IMG/VR virus record: IMGVR_UViG_2684623061_000002
Location: 1 to 64,000 of that record
Length of the DNA: 64,000 bases
From: a virus
Lineage: Duplodnaviria > Caudoviricetes
Reading direction: 5' to 3' (one strand)
Positions 55,371 through 64,000 of the stretch are shown here, one piece after another. The translations under genes and the position numbers were made by a program. The stretch's first letter is position 1. The number at the start of each line of letters is the position of its first letter. Under the pieces are notes generated by a model that had not been told where the DNA came from, did no database searches, and was given only the letters and a program-made list of their open reading frames with translations.

Positions 55371-56221
55371 TGCGCGACTACGCCAAGATCGCGCCGACGT
55401 TCTGGACCGGGGAGACCGGCAAGGCCCTGCGTCGTAGGGGACCGGAAGCGGTCATCGTGGCGCTGTACCTCATGTCCGCGCCTGGCTCGAACATGCTCGG
55501 CCTCTACTACCAGCCGATCCTCTACATGGCCCACGAAACTGGGCTGGGCTTGGAAGGGGCATCGAAGGGGCTCCGCGACTGCATCGATGAAGGTTTCTGC
55601 CTCTACGATGAGGCTTCGGAGATGGTCTTCGTGGTCGAAATGGCCGCGTTTCAGATCGCTGAGGAGTTGAAGTCCACCGATAAGCGCTGCGTGGGGATCC
55701 AGAAGGACTACGACGCGCTGCCGAAGTGCCCATTTCTCGGCGCGTTCTTCGACCGATATGCTAGCGCGTTCCATCTCACCGACAGCCGTGGTGAGCAAGG
55801 GGCTTCGATGCCCCTACGAAGCCAGGAACAGGAACAGGAACAGGAACAGGAACAGGAAGAAGAGCATGTGGACACGCCTAACGGCGCGCCACCCGCAAAA
55901 CGGTCTGAACCGATTCCGTTCCAGCTGATCGTCGACGCCTACAACTCGACCATGACCGGCCTGCCCAAGGTCCGGGAGATGACCGCCAAGCGTCGAACCC
56001 TGATCCGCTCCGCGTGGATGGAGTCGCAGAACCGGCGCTCGATGGAGTTCTGGCACGCGTACTTCGCCGAGTGCCAGGACGACAACTGGCTCAACGGCGC
56101 CGGCCCGTATACCGCGCCGCACGAGAACTGGCGCCCGACGTTCGACTACCTGCTGAGCGCCAAGTGCGTGACCAAGGTCTTCGAGCGTTCCATGGACCTG
56201 ATCGAGCGGGGTGAAGGATGA
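55370..56221 (+). CDS. Phage replication initiator (O-like)
   Basis: MRDYAKI.P.FW.G.TG, QEQEQE linker from (CAGGAA)6 at 55823-55858, W...FDYL; directly upstream of DnaB. Confidence 0.8.
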   Translation: MRDYAKIAPTFWTGETGKALRRRGPEAVIVALYLMSAPGSNMLGLYYQPILYMAHETGLGLEGASKGLRDCIDEGFCLYDEASEMVFVVEMAAFQIAEELKSTDKRCVGIQKDYDALPKCPFLGAFFDRYASAFHLTDSRGEQGASMPLRSQEQEQEQEQEQEEEHVDTPNGAPPAKRSEPIPFQLIVDAYNSTMTGLPKVREMTAKRRTLIRSAWMESQNRRSMEFWHAYFAECQDDNWLNGAGPYTAPHENWRPTFDYLLSAKCVTKVFERSMDLIERGEG

Positions 56222-57663
56222 GCGCCGTGATGCGAGACGAGCGCGACGTCGCCCAGCTGCGTGTGCCGCCGCAGGCCGTCGACGCCGAGCAGAACGTGCT
56301 GGGCGGGTTGATGGTCGATCCCGCGGCCTACGACCTGGTCGCGGACGTCCTGGTCGAGGAGGACTTCTACCGCCGCGACCACCAGCTAATCTACCGGGCG
56401 ATCCGCGAGCTGGCCGAGAAGAGCCGGCCGTTCGATGCGGTGACGCTGGGCGAGTGGTTCGACTCGCAGGGCCTCGCCGACCAGGTTGCAAAGGGCGCCT
56501 ACCTGATCGAGCTGGCGAGCACGACGTGGTCGGCTGCCAACGTGGCGGCCTACGCCGAGATCGTCCGCGACAAGGCGGTGCTGCGGCAGCTGATCGACGT
56601 GGGCACCCGGATCGCAAACGACGGCTTCCAGCCCGAGGGCCGCAACACCGAGGAGCTGCTGGCCGACGCACAGACGCGGGTCAACGACCTGACCTCGGCG
56701 AAGGAGGGCGCAGCAGACGGCCTGACGCCGGTGAGCGCGGGCCTGGCCGAGCTGTTCTCGGACCTGCAGGGCTACTACGCCGGCACGCTCGCCCCAGGTA
56801 TCCCCCTGCCGTGGAAGTCACTGCGGGACGTCATCCCGGGCATGGCCGACGGCGACCTGATCATCGTGGCTGGCCGACCGGGCATGGGCAAGTCGGTCTT
56901 CGGCACCGAGGTCGCCATGCATGTGGCCGAGACCGAGGGTGTCGCCGCGTTGTTCTCGCTGGAAATGTCCAAGAAGCAGCTGAACATGCGGCTGCTGTCG
57001 GCCCTGTCTGGTATCTCGGCCACCCGCATGAAGACGCCGGGCGAGATCGCGGACGAGGAGTGGCCGGTCATCACGCAGGCCATGGCGCGGCTCAAGGGAA
57101 TGCCCCTGCATATCGACGATACCCCCGGCCTGACGATCCACCGGCTGCGCGCCAGAGTCCGCCGCCTGCGGTCCAGGCTCAAGGCCAAGGGCCAGAGGTT
57201 GCGCCTGGTCGTCGTGGACTACCTGCAGCTCATGGCCGGCACGTCCAAGCGCTCGGACAACCGAACCGAGGAGGTCTCGGAGATCTCCCGCGGTCTGAAG
57301 CTACTGGCCAAGGAGTCCGGCTGCCCCGTGGTCGCGCTGTCGCAGCTGAACCGCTCAGTGGAGAGCCGGCAGAACAAGCGCCCCGCCATGTCCGACCTGC
57401 GCGAGTCCGGTGCGATCGAGCAGGACGCCGACGTGATCGTCTTCCTGTACCGGGAGGACTACTACAACCCCGCAACGATCTCTCCGGGCGTCATCGAAGC
57501 CATCGTCGCCAAGCAGCGCAGTGGTCCGACCGAGACCGCCTACCTCCGACACGACCTCCCATGCTCCCGGTTCCACAACCGAGAGGGCGGGCGGCCCGAG
57601 TACGACGCCAAAGCCACCAGCTCCGCCAGAGCAGACCGCTGGGGGAAGCAGAGCCGTGACTAA
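56218..57663 (+). CDS. dnaB: Replicative DNA helicase, DnaB family (phage-encoded)
   Basis: AGRPGMGKS, FSLEM, VDYLQLM, ALSQLNR, SDLRESGAIEQDAD. Confidence 0.96.
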   Translation: MSAVMRDERDVAQLRVPPQAVDAEQNVLGGLMVDPAAYDLVADVLVEEDFYRRDHQLIYRAIRELAEKSRPFDAVTLGEWFDSQGLADQVAKGAYLIELASTTWSAANVAAYAEIVRDKAVLRQLIDVGTRIANDGFQPEGRNTEELLADAQTRVNDLTSAKEGAADGLTPVSAGLAELFSDLQGYYAGTLAPGIPLPWKSLRDVIPGMADGDLIIVAGRPGMGKSVFGTEVAMHVAETEGVAALFSLEMSKKQLNMRLLSALSGISATRMKTPGEIADEEWPVITQAMARLKGMPLHIDDTPGLTIHRLRARVRRLRSRLKAKGQRLRLVVVDYLQLMAGTSKRSDNRTEEVSEISRGLKLLAKESGCPVVALSQLNRSVESRQNKRPAMSDLRESGAIEQDADVIVFLYREDYYNPATISPGVIEAIVAKQRSGPTETAYLRHDLPCSRFHNREGGRPEYDAKATSSARADRWGKQSRD

Positions 57664-57714
57664 CACCCATCCGCCGGCATCGCGCGCGCGCGCGTTTGGC
57701 ACCAGGAGCAAGCG

Positions 57715-58047
57715 ATGAACCTGACCGCAAACCTGGGGCTGAGCAAGCTCCATCATCGGGACGATTTCGTCCCGATCGAGCCCTACTCGCATGTGGCTGC
57801 GCTGCCAAGCAAGAAAAGCGGGAAGGTCGCAGCCAAACACGACCTCGCCGGCCAGCCAACGATGGTGGTCTACGCACGGTTCCTGGCCTGGGCGGTTGAG
57901 CAGGCTCGCTTCCCGATGTCGGAGCAGGTCGTCGACCGTTTTCATTGCAGCAATGCGACTGCGCACCGATGGCTGAACTTCCTCGCCGAGGCCTATGGCG
58001 TAGATCGCCCGAAGTTGCGTCAGTGCGCCAAGGGGCCGCAGCGATGA
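57715..58047 (+). CDS. Phage hypothetical HTH-like protein
   Basis: AGGAG RBS; RF.CS.ATA.RW. Confidence 0.62.
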   Translation: MNLTANLGLSKLHHRDDFVPIEPYSHVAALPSKKSGKVAAKHDLAGQPTMVVYARFLAWAVEQARFPMSEQVVDRFHCSNATAHRWLNFLAEAYGVDRPKLRQCAKGPQR

Positions 58048-58232
58048 GCGCGCCCAAGTTCACGCCGGAGGTCGCGGATGTAGTCCTGGAGCAAATGAGC
58101 CAAGACATGCGCTCCTATGGCGCTGGCTTCATGCGGGTCACCAGCCACGACGGCCACGTCGATATTTGCGCCATACCAGCGAGCGATGTGTTTCTCGGCA
58201 TTGATTCGGCAAAGACGCTGGGTGAGGCGTGA
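58044..58232 (+). CDS. Phage hypothetical protein
   Basis: ATGA/GTGA-coupled. Confidence 0.5.
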   Translation: MSAPKFTPEVADVVLEQMSQDMRSYGAGFMRVTSHDGHVDICAIPASDVFLGIDSAKTLGEA

Positions 58233-58537
58233 GCCAGCGCCGCCCCAAAGCCAGGCTCGACGGCAACCACACCGTGATTGCGCGGCACTTCGAGGCGCTG
58301 GGATGCAGCGTGGTCGAGCTGCCGCATGCGGGCGTGGCGGGCTTCCCGGACCTGGTCGTCGGCTGCATCGGAAGAAACCGGCTGGTCGAGATCAAGAATC
58401 CCGACACCGCCTACGGCCGCGCCGGCCTAAACAAAAATCAGCAAGAGTTCAACCGCGACTGGCGCGGCGAGCCCATGTTCGCTGTGTGCAGCGAGGACGA
58501 GGCGACCGCGCTGGTGCTGAACTGGAGGCGGGCGTGA
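58229..58537 (+). CDS. VRR-NUC / PD-(D/E)xK nuclease
   Basis: D.NH..I, GFPDLVVG, LVEIK. Confidence 0.82.
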   Translation: MSQRRPKARLDGNHTVIARHFEALGCSVVELPHAGVAGFPDLVVGCIGRNRLVEIKNPDTAYGRAGLNKNQQEFNRDWRGEPMFAVCSEDEATALVLNWRRA

Positions 58538-58890
58538 AGCGCGGCCGCAGCACCGGCAAGCCGACGGCGGCGCAGGTCGCTCGCTTCGAGCTGATCCGCG
58601 AGCACGGATGCGTGGCGTGCCACCAGGACGGGCTGCACCGCCTCCCGGAGATCCACCACCTCACCATCGGCGGCAAGCACGGCCAGAAGCGGCGAGGACA
58701 CGACTTCACCATCGGGCTCTGTTCCTGGCACCACCGCGGGGATCCCGGCTTCAGCGACCGCGATCTGTGCGAACTCGCCTACGGCCCCAGCTACGCGCTC
58801 CAGCCCAAGCTATTCCGCGAAACCTTCGGTCAGGACGACTACCTGCTGGCGTATCAGAACCGGCTCATTGGGCTGTCGGAGGCTGCATGA
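58534..58890 (+). CDS. Ref-like HNH recombination nuclease
   Basis: GCVAC, EIHH, R.GH..TIGLC.WHH. Confidence 0.8.
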   Translation: MKRGRSTGKPTAAQVARFELIREHGCVACHQDGLHRLPEIHHLTIGGKHGQKRRGHDFTIGLCSWHHRGDPGFSDRDLCELAYGPSYALQPKLFRETFGQDDYLLAYQNRLIGLSEAA

Positions 58891-59132
58891 ACTCGCTGCC
58901 CTCATGGGTCCGGCCGCCGGTAGTAGATGCCTACGACCTGACGCCATGCATGTTCCTCGTGAAGCTGATTCGAGGCGCGATGGAGCGCGGCGAGACGGTC
59001 GACAAGGTGTCGCTGCCTACACAATTCCTCGACTACATGCAGCGCGAGGCGCTTACGTTCTCGACCCCATCCGTGATCGTGCCGCCGGTGCGATTCATGG
59101 GCGTTGATCTTGTGTTTGAGGATGAGCCATGA
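58887..59132 (+). CDS. Phage hypothetical protein
   Basis: GGAGG RBS, ATGA-coupled. Confidence 0.55.
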   Translation: MNSLPSWVRPPVVDAYDLTPCMFLVKLIRGAMERGETVDKVSLPTQFLDYMQREALTFSTPSVIVPPVRFMGVDLVFEDEP

Positions 59133-59560
59133 CCACGACCGACCTATTCGGCGCCTACGTGCGCAGCCGGCTCGACCACTGGGGGCAGGAGTTCGCCCTG
59201 CACCGGGATTGTGAGTACCTCGGCCATCAGTCCGTGAACCTGCTGCAGGTGCTGATCGACCACAAGGGCGAAATGCCGGCCCGGCCGACGGGCTTCAAGC
59301 CGCTGGAGGTCTCGAACGAGGCCATGCAGATCGAGGACATTGTCGCCGACGTGGCGCGCGGGCACGCCGCCATGGCGATCTGCCTGCGGGGCTACTACTG
59401 CGCGATGGGACGGCGCCGGGTCGAGCGCTGGGAGACGGCGAACCTGCTGCTCGCACACGCTGGCCTGCCGATGGTCCGGGCAACCGCCTACATGGACCTG
59501 GCCCAGCGCGGCGAGGACCGGGTTTACGGAGTTCTCGCCGGCATGGCCCGAGCCGCTTGA
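59129..59560 (+). CDS. Putative late antiterminator (Q-like)
   Basis: Last gene before the late control region; RL..WG, IE.IV, LR.YY. Confidence 0.62.
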   Translation: MTTTDLFGAYVRSRLDHWGQEFALHRDCEYLGHQSVNLLQVLIDHKGEMPARPTGFKPLEVSNEAMQIEDIVADVARGHAAMAICLRGYYCAMGRRRVERWETANLLLAHAGLPMVRATAYMDLAQRGEDRVYGVLAGMARAA

Positions 59561-59758
59561 CGCGGTCGGACTTGCGGGAGCAATATTCGGGCACTGTGGC
59601 GAAACTGCCACTACCGAACGGCTCGCCTAACCAGCGGGCCGTTTTCGTTTCAATTTGGCGAATGCCCGGGCTGACGGGCGGCAACTACAGTAGTGCGCGC
59701 TTTGCTGGGCTTGCTACAACCCTGTGCCGGAGATCAGCGCCGGCCGCCAATTCAACCC

Positions 59759-59790
59759 AAGCCCTGCGAGCGATCGCGGGGCTTTTTCTT
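59759..59790 (+). terminator. tR'-like terminator before the lysis genes
   Basis: AAGCCCTGCGA-GCGA-TCGCGGGGCTT plus T tract. Confidence 0.78.
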
Positions 59791-59801
59791 TGGACCCAGC
59801 C

Positions 59802-60221
59802 ATGCCCTTCCAGCTCTCCGCCAAAAGCCGCGAGCGGCTGAAAGGCGTGCATCCCGACCTGCGCCGCGTCGTCGAGCGCGCGATCGAGCTGACCACGGTC
59901 GACTTCGTCGTGACGCAAGGCAATCGCACCCAGGACGAGCAGGACGAGCTTTACGCCCAGGGCCGCACGAAGCCGGGCAAGAAGGTGACCTGGACCCGGA
60001 ACAGCCGGCACATCGGCGGCTTCGCCGTCGACGTAGCGCCCTGGGTGTGCGGCGGCATCGAGTGGGACGACGATGGTCGCATCGGCGTGTGGCCGCGCAT
60101 CGCTGAGGCGTTCAAGGCCGCGGCCGCCGAGTTGGGCGTGCCGATCAAGTGGGGCGGCGACTGGCTGAAGACCAAGGACCGACCCCACTTCGAACTGCCG
60201 GCCGACAGGTATCCGGCATGA
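59802..60221 (+). CDS. Endolysin, M15 family peptidase
   Basis: L.GVHPDL, G.RT..EQ..LYAQGRT, SRH..G.AVD, WGGDW...KD.PHFEL. Confidence 0.93.
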   Translation: MPFQLSAKSRERLKGVHPDLRRVVERAIELTTVDFVVTQGNRTQDEQDELYAQGRTKPGKKVTWTRNSRHIGGFAVDVAPWVCGGIEWDDDGRIGVWPRIAEAFKAAAAELGVPIKWGGDWLKTKDRPHFELPADRYPA

Positions 60222-60478
60222 ACGAGTCCCTGGACATCATCGTTCGCCTGCTGGCGATTGTCGTACCGGTGCTGATGGCGGTTATCTGCGGGCTGATCGG
60301 CTGGGTGTGGCTGCTCTGGCAAGACCACAACAAGCACAAGCTGTATTGCGCCGAGAGCATGCTCAAAACCGGCGCGCTGCAGGAAGTGAAAGACGAGATC
60401 CACGGACTGCGAAACATCGTCTACCAGATCGCACTGAAGATGGACGTGCCGGTCTTCACGGAGCCCTATCGCCGATGA
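60218..60478 (+). CDS. Putative holin / membrane protein
   Basis: N-terminal TM; ATGA-coupled to the endolysin. Confidence 0.65.
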   Translation: MNESLDIIVRLLAIVVPVLMAVICGLIGWVWLLWQDHNKHKLYCAESMLKTGALQEVKDEIHGLRNIVYQIALKMDVPVFTEPYRR

Positions 60479-60819
60479 GCGACGAGCTGGAGTTAGCCCG
60501 GGAGTTCCGCGCGGGCATGGAGCGGCTAGACGCGGCACTTAGCCGGCTCGGCCGAGGAAATGGCAGCAACGCGATGATCAACGTCAACGCCGGCGGTATC
60601 GGTGTCGGAATCGCGGTTGCCTGCTGCGTGGCCATGCTCGCGGCTGGCTTCGTGGGTGCCCTTTGGATGGTCAGCGACCGCGCCGAAAAGGCGGCGGAGC
60701 TGACTGAGATCCGCGACCAACTGCGCGAGCGCCGCGACGGCGAGAACGCCATCCGAGCCTACATCAATACGGGCATTTTGAAGCCCAAGAGCGACAAGGA
60801 GCAGACCAATGCCCGGTGA
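60475..60819 (+). CDS. Lysis-cassette membrane protein
   Basis: One TM (GIGVGIAVACCVAML). Confidence 0.62.
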   Translation: MSDELELAREFRAGMERLDAALSRLGRGNGSNAMINVNAGGIGVGIAVACCVAMLAAGFVGALWMVSDRAEKAAELTEIRDQLRERRDGENAIRAYINTGILKPKSDKEQTNAR

Positions 60820-61084
60820 AGAGGAAATCATCATCATTGGCGGCGGCCCGAAGAAGCCGCCGCAGCCGTTGACCAGCCTCAAGCCGCAGGGCGTCGAGAG
60901 CCTTCGCGTGATGGCGAAGAAGTACACGACCTGGGTCTGGGGCTTCGTCGCGGCGTTGCCGCAGCTCTACACCACCATGCTCGCGCTCGGCCCGATCCCG
61001 GCCAGCATGGAGCGGATCCTCTGGGGCACCGCGGCCTTCGGGCTGTTCTGCTCGTGGGTCAAGCAGCGCGTCGACGGGGAGTGA
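60809..61084 (+). CDS. Putative holin
   Basis: Two TM helices, VKQ near the C-terminus. Confidence 0.62.
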   Translation: MPGEEEIIIIGGGPKKPPQPLTSLKPQGVESLRVMAKKYTTWVWGFVAALPQLYTTMLALGPIPASMERILWGTAAFGLFCSWVKQRVDGE

Positions 61085-61085
61085 C

Positions 61086-61562
61086 ATGAGCATCCTGGCG
61101 CGCGTCCTGCTCGGTCTGGTGATCGCCCTGGCCGTCCTCGGCCTGTGGCAGCGCGGCTCGCTGGCAAAGGCCCAGCGCGCGCGCGACGCCGCCGTCGCCG
61201 AGAGGGATTCCGCCGTCACCGAGCGCGACAACGCCAACAAGATCATCACCGATGAGCGCCGGCGGGCCGACACGGCCAACGCCATTGCGGCCAAGTACGA
61301 GCAGGAGAAGCAAGATGCTGAATCGAATGGTGCGGCTGTCGTTGCTGGCCTGCGCGCTGGCACTCTGCGGCTGCAAGACCGCTGGGCCGGTTGTGAAGCC
61401 CGTCTGTCCGCGGCCAGCAGGCGCGCCGGCGAGCCTGATGCAGAAGCCGAAGACCGAACTGCGAGTGCGGGCCGAATTGTTCGCGCCGCCGCCGACTGCG
61501 ACGCCCAAGTCCGAGGCCTCCAAGCACTTGTTGCCGCTGATCGAGCCGAGGTAACGCCGTAA
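61086..61562 (+). CDS. i-spanin (Rz-like)
   Basis: N-terminal TM, coiled coil, LR.G..RL, D.Q..GLQ. Confidence 0.85.
   Translation: MSILARVLLGLVIALAVLGLWQRGSLAKAQRARDAAVAERDSAVTERDNANKIITDERRRADTANAIAAKYEQEKQDAESNGAAVVAGLRAGTLRLQDRWAGCEARLSAASRRAGEPDAEAEDRTASAGRIVRAAADCDAQVRGLQALVAADRAEVTP
61315..61554 (+). CDS. Embedded o-spanin lipoprotein (Rz1-like)
   Basis: LLACALALCGC lipobox, Pro-rich, nested in +1 frame. Confidence 0.78.
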   Translation: MLNRMVRLSLLACALALCGCKTAGPVVKPVCPRPAGAPASLMQKPKTELRVRAELFAPPPTATPKSEASKHLLPLIEPR

Positions 61563-62362
61563 TGGCCTGGCGTCCCATCGCCGTTTCCGGCATACCGTTC
61601 GTGTTCAACGACACCTTCGGCACGGTGTCGATGGCTGGAAGCACGGTGACGGCGCCCATGAACAGTGGGCCGGCCTGGTACATCATGATCGGCGACGAAA
61701 CCGTCGATTACCCGATCCGGATCACCGTCCAGAGCTACAGCAGCGAACAGCAGTTCATCGAAGACCCCAGCAACTTCAGCTTTGAGGTGGTCGGCGGCGG
61801 CATCACGACCGTAATCAACGAGAACACGGGGAACACGACCGAGTTCAGCCCGAATCCGGTCACCGGGACTGGCCATTACGTCGATTACATCCCCGGCAAC
61901 GGCGTCGAGACCGTGCGCACCGAGGCTTACTCGATGCTGGTTGAACTGGACGTAGTTGCATCAGGGGGGTGCCAAGAGCATGGCCGCACGACCCGCGCCT
62001 TCGTCTCTGGGTATACGCTCGACCGGGTTCATGTGGTCCGTGCAGCCAGGACGCAGCGGCGATGTCTGGTGGCCGATTTCAACGGCGCCATCGACAAGTC
62101 GCGGCAGATCGCCAAGGCGACATGGCGCTGCAATTCGCCGTGGATCACGATCCTCGACACCCCGACGATCAGCGCCAGCGGCCGCGCAGCGCAGGTCAAT
62201 GCGACGCTGGGCAACTGCGGGGCGGGGCACGTGAAGTGCTCGGTCGAGCTGGACAACGGCGAGATCTACACCCAGGTGTTCGAAGTCCGTGTCGTGGATG
62301 CGCCGTATTTCGCCGAGCCCTACCAGTCGCCCGGTCCATACGAGCTGACGGTGACTGCATGA
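61562..62362 (+). CDS. Hypothetical beta-rich, possibly virion-associated protein
   Basis: 266 aa, coupled between spanin and small terminase. Confidence 0.7.
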   Translation: MAWRPIAVSGIPFVFNDTFGTVSMAGSTVTAPMNSGPAWYIMIGDETVDYPIRITVQSYSSEQQFIEDPSNFSFEVVGGGITTVINENTGNTTEFSPNPVTGTGHYVDYIPGNGVETVRTEAYSMLVELDVVASGGCQEHGRTTRAFVSGYTLDRVHVVRAARTQRRCLVADFNGAIDKSRQIAKATWRCNSPWITILDTPTISASGRAAQVNATLGNCGAGHVKCSVELDNGEIYTQVFEVRVVDAPYFAEPYQSPGPYELTVTA

Positions 62363-62775
62363 AGCCGCTCTACTCCGACGACCTGGCCGCGGCGATCTGC
62401 GAGCGGCTGGCGAGTGGCGAGACGCTGACGTCGATTTGCCGTGCTGAAGGCATGCCGGCGCCACGCACCGTACGCGAGTGGAGCCGAGACAATTCCGAGT
62501 TCGGTAAGGCCTATCGGCAAGCGATGGAGTCGGGCTGTCATGCGCTGCTCGATGAAACGCTGGACATCGCGGACAACAAGAATGAGCCGGCGGACAGTCG
62601 CAAGCTGCGCATCTGGGCGCGCCACGAGCTGGCCGCCCGCAAGCGTCCCGACCTGTTCGGCAAGATGGTGAAGATGGAGCACACCGGCGCCGATGGCGGC
62701 CCGATGAAGCACGAATCAACCGTCACGCTCGACCCGGGCGAGGCATACAGGCGACTGCTCAACCCCGATGCTTGA
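62359..62775 (+). CDS. Terminase small subunit
   Basis: ICERLA.GE.L.SIC....MP...TV..W, LDIAD. Confidence 0.88.
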   Translation: MKPLYSDDLAAAICERLASGETLTSICRAEGMPAPRTVREWSRDNSEFGKAYRQAMESGCHALLDETLDIADNKNEPADSRKLRIWARHELAARKRPDLFGKMVKMEHTGADGGPMKHESTVTLDPGEAYRRLLNPDA

Positions 62776-64000
62776 CTGGAAAGCGCCCGACTATGCGCCG
62801 GTTTACGCCGAGCGCAGTCGGCGCCTGTCCGATCTTCGGGCCGATCCGGACTTGCTCGCTGCGGTGAAGGTGCACTACGCATCCAGCCCTGCGGACTTCG
62901 TCAACGACTGGGGGATGACCTTCGATCCCCGAAACGCTGAGGTCGGACGGGAAACCATCGTCCCGTTCGTGCTGTTCGACAAGCAGCGCGAGTTCATCGA
63001 TTACCTGTATCGCAAGTGGCGCGCACGCGAAGATGGCCTGGCCGAGAAGTCGCGCGACATGGGCGTGTCCTGGCTGTGCGTTGGGTTCGGCGTCTGGATG
63101 TTCCTGTTCCACGCCGGCACCGTCGTCGGCTTCGGTAGCCGCAAAGAGGAGTACGTCGACCGTCTCGGTGACCCGAAATCCCTGTTCTGGAAGGTGCGCA
63201 ACTTCATCGACCTGCTGCCGATCGAGTTCCGGCCGGCGGGCTGGGATGCGAAGACGTGCGCGCCATTCATGCGAATCCAGAACCCCGAGAACGGGGCAAC
63301 GATCGTGGGGGAGGCCGGCGACAACATCGGTCGCGGTAACCGCACCTCGATCTACTTCAAGGACGAGTCAGCGTTCTACGAGCGCCCCGAGAACATCGAT
63401 GCGGCGCTGTCGCAGACCTCCAACTGCAAGATCGACGTGTCGACGCCCAACGGCGCCGGCAACCCGTTCTACCGGAAGCGCAAGGCCGGCCGCATCGAGG
63501 TCTTCACGTTCCGATGGCAGGACGATCCCCGCAAGGGGCCGGAATGGTACGAGAAGCAGCGCCGCGACCTGGACCCGGTAGTCCTGGCCCAGGAAGTGGA
63601 TATCGATTACGAGGCCGCGGTAACGGACTCCTTCGTCCCGGGCAACCTGGTCGATGCAGCGCAGCGGAACGGGCCCGCCGATGTCGAGGCCTTGGGCCCG
63701 GTGAAATGGGGCCTTGACGTTGCGCGCTTCGGCGACGACAAGAGCTGCTTGACCAAACGGCAGGGCCGCGTCACGTACCCGCAGCAGGTTTGGCAGGGCA
63801 TCGACACGATGGCCCTCGCGAACGAGGTCTGGGAACAGGCCAAGCGAGAGAAGCCAGCGCAGATCGCAGTCGACGTGATCGGCGTCGGCGCTGGCGTCCA
63901 CGACCGGCTTAAGGAGCTGGCCCGCGACTCCGGAATCCAAATCGTAGCGGTGAACGTTTCGCGCCGAGTCGAGGACGGAACCAACTACAACCTTCGGGCC
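62768..64000 (+). CDS. Terminase large subunit (partial, runs off the window)
   Basis: Translated by hand: MLDWKAPDY..., EKSRDMGVSW, GRGNR.S.YF.DESAF, STPNG, GLDVARFGDD. Confidence 0.92.
   Translation, partial: MLDWKAPDYAPVYAERSRRLSDLRADPDLLAAVKVHYASSPADFVNDWGMTFDPRNAEVGRETIVPFVLFDKQREFIDYLYRKWRAREDGLAEKSRDMGVSWLCVGFGVWMFLFHAGTVVGFGSRKEEYVDRLGDPKSLFWKVRNFIDLLPIEFRPAGWDAKTCAPFMRIQNPENGATIVGEAGDNIGRGNRTSIYFKDESAFYERPENIDAALSQTSNCKIDVSTPNGAGNPFYRKRKAGRIEVFTFRWQDDPRKGPEWYEKQRRDLDPVVLAQEVDIDYEAAVTDSFVPGNLVDAAQRNGPADVEALGPVKWGLDVARFGDDKSCLTKRQGRVTYPQQVWQGIDTMALANEVWEQAKREKPAQIAVDVIGVGAGVHDRLKELARDSGIQIVAVNVSRRVEDGTNYNLRA

Larger units (their letters stand above)
41237..64000. mobile_element. Prophage 2: lambdoid prophage, continues past the window end
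   Basis: Integrase abuts att; recombination, cI/cro, replication, lysis and terminase modules in lambdoid order. Confidence 0.92.

Noticed and set aside
19830-55822. 18-bp exact match TCGATGCCCCTACGAAGC at 19830-19847 and 55805-55822
   Set aside because: A single match of this length in 64 kb of GC-rich DNA can arise by chance; the contexts are unrelated and the match does not extend
56211-57659. 482-aa alternative frame over dnaB, and similar long Arg/Ala-rich shadow ORFs
   Set aside because: Expected from high GC3 codon usage; no motifs, unlike the nested methyltransferase frame

Overview
GC-rich chromosome segment, probably Xanthomonadales/Lysobacter-like (inferred from the queC-tRNA-Lys locus and an XVIPCD-type effector). 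After queC and tRNA-Lys(TTT) the window is two prophages in tandem at the same tRNA 3' end. Prophage 1 (836-41285, bounded by a 49-bp direct repeat) is an apparently complete P2-like myovirus with a primase-helicase replicon, a recognisable cos site and several cargo hotspots. Its cargo: a type VI-like retron (promoter, structured ncRNA, an unannotated 56-aa small protein whose RBS and start codon are buried in a long hairpin, HTH, RT); a TIR/NDT-like gene flanked by two small basic proteins sharing a KSAAGSAL(T/S)Q motif; an AHH-nuclease/XVIPCD effector with a DUF1629-like immunity gene; a membrane-anchored HEPN protein; and a small HNH gene with a structured leader. Prophage 2 (41237 to beyond the window end) is lambdoid: integrase, a C5 methyltransferase with a nested second-frame subunit, a Red-like recombination module, a cI/cro switch with clear operators, O-like initiator plus DnaB, Q-like gene, lysis genes and terminase. 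All family assignments come from motifs read by eye; no database searches were run.
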